In this document: positions 18,030-24,000 of the stretch, piece after piece
How positions within the stretch are numbered: the first letter of the stretch is position 1
Layout: every line of letters starts with the position of its first letter
NCBI GenBank assembly: GCA_045651185.1
Contig: JAZRRZ010000021.1
Location: forward strand, 57,464 to 81,463
Reading direction: 5' to 3'
DNA: 24,000 nucleotides
Origin: Christensenellaceae bacterium
GTDB taxonomy: Bacteria > Bacillota > Clostridia > Christensenellales > Borkfalkiaceae
Notes under the pieces: generated by a model
Database searches by the model: none
What the model was told of the DNA's origin: nothing
Seen by the model: the letters and a program-made list of their open reading frames with translations, nothing else
Translations under genes and position numbers: made by a program

Positions 18030-18056
18030 TAAATATGACATTTAATGTCATATTTA
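18030..18056. promoter_or_regulatory. 27-nt perfect palindrome, likely regulator binding site
   Basis: TAAATATGACATT-T-AATGTCATATTTA (13-nt arms, 1-nt centre) in the 66-nt gap between fic and the Ntn-hydrolase gene. Confidence 0.65.
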
Positions 18057-18064
18057 TAAAATTT

Positions 18065-18943
18065 TTAGTCGTTTATTTCTTCGTAATAGTAAGAGTAGTC
18101 AACGCCTTTCATGAAGACTTCCCTATCGTTAATCTTGTCCGTCAATGCGTTTGATAAAAGTTCTTTAATCATCGTGCTATCAACTATGCTTTTACGCATT
18201 GCTTCTAAATAATCTTTTTTATCAATTTTAGACCAGTCAACGCATTTGCCTAAATTTTTCTTAAATATCAAGTCAAGCCAAATTCTTGTACTTCTTCCGT
18301 TCCCTTCCATGAAAGGATGTGCTATATTCATTTCAACGTATTTTGCAACAATTTCTTCAAAAGTGTTTTCTGGCATTTTCTCAATACTCTTAAGATTATC
18401 ATCTAAATACATGGCAGGGGCAAAAGCAAAACCACCTTTTGCAATATTTATCGTTCTTATTTGACCGGCAAAGTTATACAGTCCACCAAACAAATAGGAA
18501 TGGATTTGTTGTAAGCCCTTAACAGTCCCCACTTCTATTGAGTCAAGCAACGAGCTATCAAACAGCGAATATGCTTTTTGCTTACTCTTTCCGTCAACGC
18601 TTTCTTCACTTCTTGTAAGCCACGCTATAAACTCTGAACTGATTTTACTTGGAAATTCTGCAAGTAAAGTCATAACACCATCCGAATCAATCGCATCGGA
18701 CTTATATTTCTTACCATCGTTAGCGGTGATTTTCAGTTGGGTAGTGGCGCTAACCAACTGGCTATTTTCTTTCTTTAATTTTGCTTTAAGATACTTCCAG
18801 TAGTTTCTTGACTTTTCATAAGATGGTTCTTTCCTTATTGCCGAAATAATATCTAAAACGCTAAAATACCAAGTATTTTTATCGTCCACCCAAACGGCTC
18901 TTACTGGCGTATCATTAAAAAATCTAATTGAAATTTTTGACAT
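18065..18943 (-). CDS. Fic family protein with Bro-N-like N-terminal domain (class III-like, C-terminal inhibitory helix)
   Basis: Fic motif [12 protein letters not shown]; [36 protein letters not shown]; C-terminal SYYYEE resembling the (S/T)xxxE(G/N) helix; N-terminal [23 protein letters not shown]...[18 protein letters not shown] is Bro-N/antirepressor-like. Confidence 0.85.
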   Translation of the reverse strand: MSKISIRFFNDTPVRAVWVDDKNTWYFSVLDIISAIRKEPSYEKSRNYWKYLKAKLKKENSQLVSATTQLKITANDGKKYKSDAIDSDGVMTLLAEFPSKISSEFIAWLTRSEESVDGKSKQKAYSLFDSSLLDSIEVGTVKGLQQIHSYLFGGLYNFAGQIRTINIAKGGFAFAPAMYLDDNLKSIEKMPENTFEEIVAKYVEMNIAHPFMEGNGRSTRIWLDLIFKKNLGKCVDWSKIDKKDYLEAMRKSIVDSTMIKELLSNALTDKINDREVFMKGVDYSYYYEEIND

Positions 18944-19000
18944 TAAATTTTACCTCGTTAAACGCTACGTTTATCAAATATGTTAGACATAATCAGCAGG

Positions 19001-19192
19001 CTAATCGTCAATTTTAATATTATTCTTTACACAAAATTCGTGAATCGCCTTTTGCCCTTCGTAGTTAGGTTCGTTTAATCCCCTTTCCCAACGATTAATA
19101 GTAGCAAACGAAACACCTATTTCCTTTGCAAACTTTTCTTGACTTAAAAACATCTTTAGTCTTATTGCTTTGATTTTTTCGCCAAAAGTCAT
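19001..19192 (-). CDS. XRE/HTH_3 family transcriptional regulator
   Basis: MTFGEKIKAIRLKMFLSQEKFAKEIGVSFATINRWERGLNEPNYEGQKAIHEF. ATG at 19190-19192 preceded by GAGGTG and an upstream TATAAT; the 17 extra N-terminal residues in the ORF track read through the promoter/RBS. Confidence 0.88.
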   Translation of the reverse strand: MTFGEKIKAIRLKMFLSQEKFAKEIGVSFATINRWERGLNEPNYEGQKAIHEFCVKNNIKIDD

Positions 19193-19341
19193 ACTACACC
19201 TCAAAATAAAAATGTATAACAATATTATAACATAATTATTCACTTTTTACAAGAGTCTCACAACAACGATTAAAAATATTTTTTACTGATTTTTAATTAT
19301 TTTCTATAATAATCCAAGAAAAATCACTCAAAAATGCTGAT

Positions 19342-19364
19342 TTTACCCCATTTTCAGGGGTAAA
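19342..19364. repeat. Perfect hairpin in the right-end non-coding region
   Basis: TTTACCCC-ATTTTCA-GGGGTAAA followed by GGTTGACAAAAC. Confidence 0.5.
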
Positions 19365-19400
19365 GGTTGACAAAACAAAAGGAATATGTGTTTTAAAAAA

Positions 19401-19440
19401 ATAAAAAATCCTAACGAGGAATACGGTTTTCGTTAGGATT
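19401..19440 (-). terminator. Rho-independent terminator downstream of the current rlmD (element-borne)
   Basis: Minus strand AATCCTAACGA...TCGTTAGGATT then TTTTTAT. Confidence 0.75.
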
Positions 19441-19611
19441 TATCTAGTGTTTTTCAATTTTTTGTTCTTGTGTTCCCCGTTACAAGGTTAACTACAATAT
19501 GAACTGTGGCGTGCTTTTTTAGCACTTTTTGCTTGTATCCATCCTCGTCTTCAATAAACACAAAATGTGGAAAAACGATAGGAAAATAAAGGATTTCTGT
19601 GTATTTTGGGG

Positions 19612-21033
19612 TTATTTTCGTTGTAGTACTACTAGAGTCTCGACGTGTTTGGTTTGCGCAAACATGTCAAATGGTTTTACAAGTTTAATTTTATATCTTT
19701 CTTGTAAGTTTTCTATCTTTTTGATTTCACCGTCAATAACACCTAAAGTGCCCACAAGAAGTCCTATGTCACGCACCAAGGTTGATGGTTTACAAGAAAC
19801 GTATATTATTTTATCAATATTGCTCTTTATTATAGAATTAATAACCTTAATATCACACCCCTTTCTTGGTGGGTCTAAAACGAGGCAAACGTCGTGATTG
19901 TTCTGTTTTTCACTGGCTATCAATTGTGGCAAAATGTCTTCACACTTACCACAATAATTAGTAATTTTATGGTCAAGTTTATTGATTTTTGCAAGGTCAT
20001 TTGCACATTCTACTGCTTCAGCAATAATTTCAACACCGATTGCCTTTTTGGCATTTTGGGCAAGTATTGCAGTCATTAAACCTGCACCACTATACGCATC
20101 TATAACCACAGTATTTTCATTGGCATTAACAAAAGACTTAACATTAGAATAAAGTTTATTACACACAGAATTGTTTATTTGCATAAAACTCTGCACGCCA
20201 ATTTTATACTTTATGCCAAGCATTTCTCCTGTATAATCTGCGTTTCCATAAATCAACTTAAACTTGTCACCATAGATAACGTTTGTTTGCTTGTTATTAA
20301 TATTAATATAAAGCGAAAATGGTAGTTTAATAAACTCTTTTAATATTTCAACAAGTTTATCAATGCCTCTAATATTTTCCTTACATACAACGGCTGTTAT
20401 TATTAAATTTCCTTTTATTTCTTTAACAGTAATTTCCCTTAAATCGCCTGTATTTGTAAATTCGTTATAACCTCTTATGCAATTATCATTTATGTATTTA
20501 GTAAAAGCAGAAATAATATCTTTTGTCCAAAAAGCATTTATTGGGCAATCGGCTATAGGCACAACCCTGTGCGAATTTTCGGCATAAAAACCGATAACCG
20601 TGCCTTTATCAGTCATACTAACTGGTAATTGAAGTTTGTTGCGATATCTATATTCATTGTCTCCACAAACTGCAGGCAAAACATCTACGCTAAGGTTTGC
20701 AACTTTTTTAAAAGTTTCTTTTATAGATTGTTCTTTGATAGCTAGTTGATTTTGATATTTAATGTGTTGCAATTGGCAACCACCACATTTAGTAAAAACA
20801 GGACATTTTGGTCTTACACGCTCTTCAGCAGGCGTTAAAATTTCAAGTGCCTTAGCATAAACGCATCTAGATGCTACTTTTAGCACTTTATACTTAACTT
20901 TCTCCCCCACAAGCGTGTATGGAACAAAAATTATATTATTGTCTTGTTTAATTATGCCTTCACCATTTGAGCCTATTGCGCAAACAGTACCAATGCACTC
21001 TTGATTTTTCTCCATAAACATCCTATTTAACAA
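19612..21033 (-). CDS. rlmD: 23S rRNA (uracil-5-)-methyltransferase RlmD/RumA (start may be an internal Met)
   Basis: Fe-S cysteines CPVFTKCGGCQLQH, VIDAYSGAGLMTAILAQNAKKAIGVEI, VLDPPRKGCD, IIYVSCKPSTLVRD, C-terminal DMFAQTKHVETLVVLQRK. Confidence 0.93.
   Translation of the reverse strand: MLNRMFMEKNQECIGTVCAIGSNGEGIIKQDNNIIFVPYTLVGEKVKYKVLKVASRCVYAKALEILTPAEERVRPKCPVFTKCGGCQLQHIKYQNQLAIKEQSIKETFKKVANLSVDVLPAVCGDNEYRYRNKLQLPVSMTDKGTVIGFYAENSHRVVPIADCPINAFWTKDIISAFTKYINDNCIRGYNEFTNTGDLREITVKEIKGNLIITAVVCKENIRGIDKLVEILKEFIKLPFSLYININNKQTNVIYGDKFKLIYGNADYTGEMLGIKYKIGVQSFMQINNSVCNKLYSNVKSFVNANENTVVIDAYSGAGLMTAILAQNAKKAIGVEIIAEAVECANDLAKINKLDHKITNYCGKCEDILPQLIASEKQNNHDVCLVLDPPRKGCDIKVINSIIKSNIDKIIYVSCKPSTLVRDIGLLVGTLGVIDGEIKKIENLQERYKIKLVKPFDMFAQTKHVETLVVLQRK
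19637..19650 (-). other. Right attachment site, inside the 3' end of the intact rlmD
   Basis: Plus-strand GTCTCGACGTGTTT, counterpart of 5068-5081. Confidence 0.8.
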
Positions 21034-21553
21034 TTTTAGATAAATATTTATCTAAACTAAATTTTATAGCAACAATAAATCTATCGTAAATAAAGTAAAA
21101 CACAACAGCAATTAGCCCAATAAAGTAAATTAAATATTTTTCCACCCATGTAGGCAAACCTTCAAAAACTCCACCAAGCACAAATATATAGTAATAGTAG
21201 CATACGTATGACACTACTAAAAACCAAATAATGCCAATAACAATATTAAGCGTTTTACTAACTCTTTTTTCAAGCATTTTGATTTTAATTATTGGATAAA
21301 TACCAAAAAAACCAAAATATGCTGGATAAATAAGTGTAAAATTAAAGCCACATATAAGAATCGCTATTACCCCGCCTGCCAAAAAAGCAAGAAAACTACC
21401 CTTGTATGATTTTAAATACAAAGGTAATAAAACAAAAGCTGAGGCAGTGACAAGCATAAACAAGTCTGCTAATTCAAAGTAAGTGCCAATAATTAAGGCA
21501 ACCGCAATAAAGCTTGCTGAAATTGCTGATAAAGAAACTACTTTGCTTTTCAT
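21023..21553 (-). CDS. Small multi-pass membrane protein of unknown function
   Basis: 176 aa with several hydrophobic helices; good packing between flanking genes. Confidence 0.75.
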   Translation of the reverse strand: MKSKVVSLSAISASFIAVALIIGTYFELADLFMLVTASAFVLLPLYLKSYKGSFLAFLAGGVIAILICGFNFTLIYPAYFGFFGIYPIIKIKMLEKRVSKTLNIVIGIIWFLVVSYVCYYYYIFVLGGVFEGLPTWVEKYLIYFIGLIAVVFYFIYDRFIVAIKFSLDKYLSKIVK

Positions 21554-22155
21554 TATCTACAGTTTAAGCACATGTTGCACATCATATTCATACAACAAAG
21601 TTGCAAACAATAATCAACACAACCATTGCTATCTGTGCCACCCATTTGCTGTGATGTTTGACCTTGATTTGGCGCACCATAATAACCACTATTATATTGA
21701 CGGTTATTAAACTCCATCTTATCTTTAAGTCTTGTATATGCTTGGGCATACTTACTGTTGTGTGGCTCAATACTCATTGCAATTTCAAGTTGTTTCTTGC
21801 TTTCGTTAAGCCAGTTCTTTTTATAGAAGATAACTGATTGAAGATAATGCCACTCTGCATTTCTATCCGAAATATCATCAAGTTTTGTTTGAGCAAGCGA
21901 AATATTACCAGCCTTGATTAACTCTTCAACTTCTACAAACTTAGATAAATCATCAGTTGAATTAAGCTTTCTATTTTCCATAATTTCATGATATGCTGTT
22001 TCAAGTTTGGTTAGTTGTTTTGCCGCTTCATTACCCTTTTCACCTTCTAAAAAACGTTCACTAGAATATTTTTCTTTAAGGGTTTTATAAGCCTTTTCAA
22101 TTTCTTCATCAGTTGCTGATGTTGGCAAGCCTAAAATTTCGAAGTATTTTTGCAT
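21553..22155 (-). CDS. J-domain (DnaJ-like) protein with helical repeats and Cys-rich C-terminus
   Basis: MQKYFEILGLPTSATDEEIEKAYKTLKEKY...; TPR-like AEWHYLQSVIFYKKNWLNESKKQLEIAM; tail CVDYCLQLCCMNMMCNMCLNCR. Confidence 0.8.
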   Translation of the reverse strand: MQKYFEILGLPTSATDEEIEKAYKTLKEKYSSERFLEGEKGNEAAKQLTKLETAYHEIMENRKLNSTDDLSKFVEVEELIKAGNISLAQTKLDDISDRNAEWHYLQSVIFYKKNWLNESKKQLEIAMSIEPHNSKYAQAYTRLKDKMEFNNRQYNSGYYGAPNQGQTSQQMGGTDSNGCVDYCLQLCCMNMMCNMCLNCR

Positions 22156-22997
22156 TTTTCTTTCTCCATTATTCTTTTAGTTTGAGCACTAAGCCCCCTA
22201 TATAATACATTGTCTATTAAATCGTGATTAAATTTATAATTTATTTTTGATGTCAACTCACCAATTCTACTAAGCACTGAAGAAAACACCAAAATTAATT
22301 CTTGTTTATTATTGCAAATTAATTCGTCTTGATTTTTAATGTCAGGATAAGCGCAAATAAACACATTATAATTGTTTTTCTTTTTGTCCTTATCAAAATC
22401 GTCAAGCGCATCAATAAGATATATCCACTTTCCTAAATAATATGCAAGTTCGCTTACTTCAGGAGTGATTTTATCTTGCATAATTATTTGAACAATATCT
22501 TGCATGATATTGCCAAATGGGTCTGCAATCATATCTACGCTGTCACAATTAGCCTTTTCTAGTTTTAAAAGTTCGTCATATCTTTGTTTTACAACCCTGT
22601 CCATTTCAGGCTCTTGGGTTTTTGCTTTTTTATAAGCATTTTTGAAAATCGACCTTTTAATTCTACCCTTACCACTATCTATAACGTCATCATTTAACTT
22701 ATGATATGCAAGTATTACATTTAATTTAGCAATTCTTTTTGTTAGTTCATCTGTAAGAGCAATCGGCCTTTTTCTTATTAAATGAACAGCACAATGTTGT
22801 TTTTCTACTTTAACGTCTTCGCCCAAAAGGTTATGCATTAAAACTGACAAAAACGTAAGGTCATAATTAAGCACAAACCTTGCTTTTTGCCCACACGTTT
22901 GACCTATGCCTTTACATAAAGAACAATACATTGCTTGGTAAAGTACAGTGTCTTTAACATACATATTTGGTAAATCGGCTTTGATATAACCAAACAT
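22131..22997 (-). CDS. DUF5685-like protein
   Basis: MFGYIKADLPNMYVKDTVLYQAMYCSLCKGIGQTCGQKARFVLNYDLTFLSVLM... GKWIYLIDALDDFDKDKKKNNYN. Confidence 0.65.
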   Translation of the reverse strand: MFGYIKADLPNMYVKDTVLYQAMYCSLCKGIGQTCGQKARFVLNYDLTFLSVLMHNLLGEDVKVEKQHCAVHLIRKRPIALTDELTKRIAKLNVILAYHKLNDDVIDSGKGRIKRSIFKNAYKKAKTQEPEMDRVVKQRYDELLKLEKANCDSVDMIADPFGNIMQDIVQIIMQDKITPEVSELAYYLGKWIYLIDALDDFDKDKKKNNYNVFICAYPDIKNQDELICNNKQELILVFSSVLSRIGELTSKINYKFNHDLIDNVLYRGLSAQTKRIMEKEKCKNTSKF

Positions 22998-22998
22998 T

Positions 22999-24000
22999 TT
23001 AACCCCTTTTTTTTGGCACTAAGCCAACCTTTTTATAAACTTTAGAAAGCGTTCTATAAGCAAGTCTTTCAGCCCTTTCTGCACCATTTTTAAGCACTTC
23101 ATCTAAATATGCTTTATCATTAAGCAACTTATTCTTTTCTTGTCTTATAGGATCTATAACATCACAAACAGCCCTGCCAACTGCAAGTTTAAAGTCGCCA
23201 TAGCCAACGCCTTCAAATTCTCTTTCAGCCTCTTCAATTGTCTTATTAGTAAACGCCGTATAAATAGATAAAAGATTGCTTATACCAGGCTTTTCTGGCG
23301 AATAAATAATTTTATTATCACTATCTGTGACTGCCCTTTTGAATTTTCTAATAATTGTATCAGGGTCATCATCCATAGATATAAACGCATTTAAGTTTGC
23401 ATCAGACTTACTCATCTTTCTTTCAGGCTCAGCCAAACTCATAACCCTTGCGCAAGATTTTCCAATATATCCTTCTGGAACTTTAAACGTTTCTCCAAAT
23501 CTATTGTTAAAACGAATTGCAAGGTCTCTAGCAAGTTCAAGGTGTTGTTTTTGGTCTGCACCAATTGGAACAAGTTCAGTTTGATATAATAAAATATCTG
23601 CAGCCATTAAAACAGGATAATCCATTAGCCCCATATTGATATTATCTTCATGCTTTTGGCTCTTATCCTTAAACTGTGTCATCCTTGAAAGTTCACCAGG
23701 ATAACAAATGGTGTTTAAAATCCAAGCAAGTTCAGCGTGTGCTGACACGTGTGATTGTGCAAATAATATAGATTGGTCAGCCTTGATTCCACATGCTAAA
23801 TATAGCGCAGTCAATTCATATGTATTTTTTCTTAAAACGGCTGGGTCCTGTTTAACTGTTAACGTGTGTAGGTCAGCAATAGAAAACACGCTATTATAAT
23901 CGTCTTGTAATTTTCTAAAATTTCTAAGAGCGCCCAAGTAATTACCTATTGTTAATATCCCACTTGGTTGTATTGCACTAAATAATATTTTCTTATCTTC
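22999..24000 (-). CDS. trpS: Tryptophanyl-tRNA synthetase, lacking only its extreme N-terminus (outside window)
   Basis: Reading continues upstream of the ORF-track start as EDKKILFSAIQPSGILTIGNYLGALRNFRKLQ..., containing the class I GNYLG signature; later RKMSKSDAN. Confidence 0.94.
   Translation of the reverse strand, partial: EDKKILFSAIQPSGILTIGNYLGALRNFRKLQDDYNSVFSIADLHTLTVKQDPAVLRKNTYELTALYLACGIKADQSILFAQSHVSAHAELAWILNTICYPGELSRMTQFKDKSQKHEDNINMGLMDYPVLMAADILLYQTELVPIGADQKQHLELARDLAIRFNNRFGETFKVPEGYIGKSCARVMSLAEPERKMSKSDANLNAFISMDDDPDTIIRKFKRAVTDSDNKIIYSPEKPGISNLLSIYTAFTNKTIEEAEREFEGVGYGDFKLAVGRAVCDVIDPIRQEKNKLLNDKAYLDEVLKNGAERAERLAYRTLSKVYKKVGLVPKKRG

Noticed and set aside
19193-19243. 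N-terminal 17 residues (MNNYVIILLYIFILRCS) of the XRE ORF in the track
   Set aside because: They read through a TATAAT box and a GAGGTG ribosome-binding site; the start is ATG at 19190-19192.
19529-19897. 122-aa plus-strand ORF across the right attachment site
   Set aside because: Mostly antisense to rlmD; better explained by the rlmD frame and the recombinase frame extension seen in the predicted circular junction.
22999-23937. ORF-track start of trpS at 23937 (TTG)
   Set aside because: The same frame continues upstream as ...ILFSAIQPSGILTIGNYLGALRN, including the conserved class I signature; the true start is outside the window.
1-24000. CRISPR array, tRNA or rRNA genes
   Set aside because: No regularly spaced identical repeats and no cloverleaf or rRNA-like segment noticed on reading either strand.

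Overview
The window is a low-GC Firmicutes/Clostridia-like chromosome segment in which every convincing gene is on the minus strand. Core genes on the left are recR (partial), ybaB/EbfC, dnaX, a SigH-like sigma factor, rlmB, mrnC and a CwlD-like amidase. Core genes on the right are rlmD/rumA, a small membrane protein, a J-domain/TPR-like protein, a DUF5685-like protein and trpS (partial). Between them lies a ~14.57 kb integrative element, roughly 5074-19648. A large serine recombinase appears to have inserted it into the 3' end of rlmD. The ancestral rlmD 3' end (...THVETLVVLEKN*) and its terminator remain stranded beyond the recombinase gene, while the far end of the element supplies a replacement C-terminus (...KHVETLVVLQRK*). 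No conjugation genes are visible. The cargo is defence/conflict-like. In transcription order it is an XRE regulator, a Bro-N-like::Fic protein, a proteasome-like Ntn-hydrolase, type III R-M Mod and Res, a membrane DUF4352-like protein, a KAP-family P-loop NTPase, a TIGR02391 (Ymh)-like protein, a RES-domain protein and an intact Ser/Thr protein kinase. The tightly packed five-gene tail (kinase/RES/TIGR02391/KAP/membrane protein), running directly on from the type III R-M genes and ending at a terminator-like hairpin, is the best candidate for an undescribed multi-gene defence system. Product names come from motif recognition; no database search was run.
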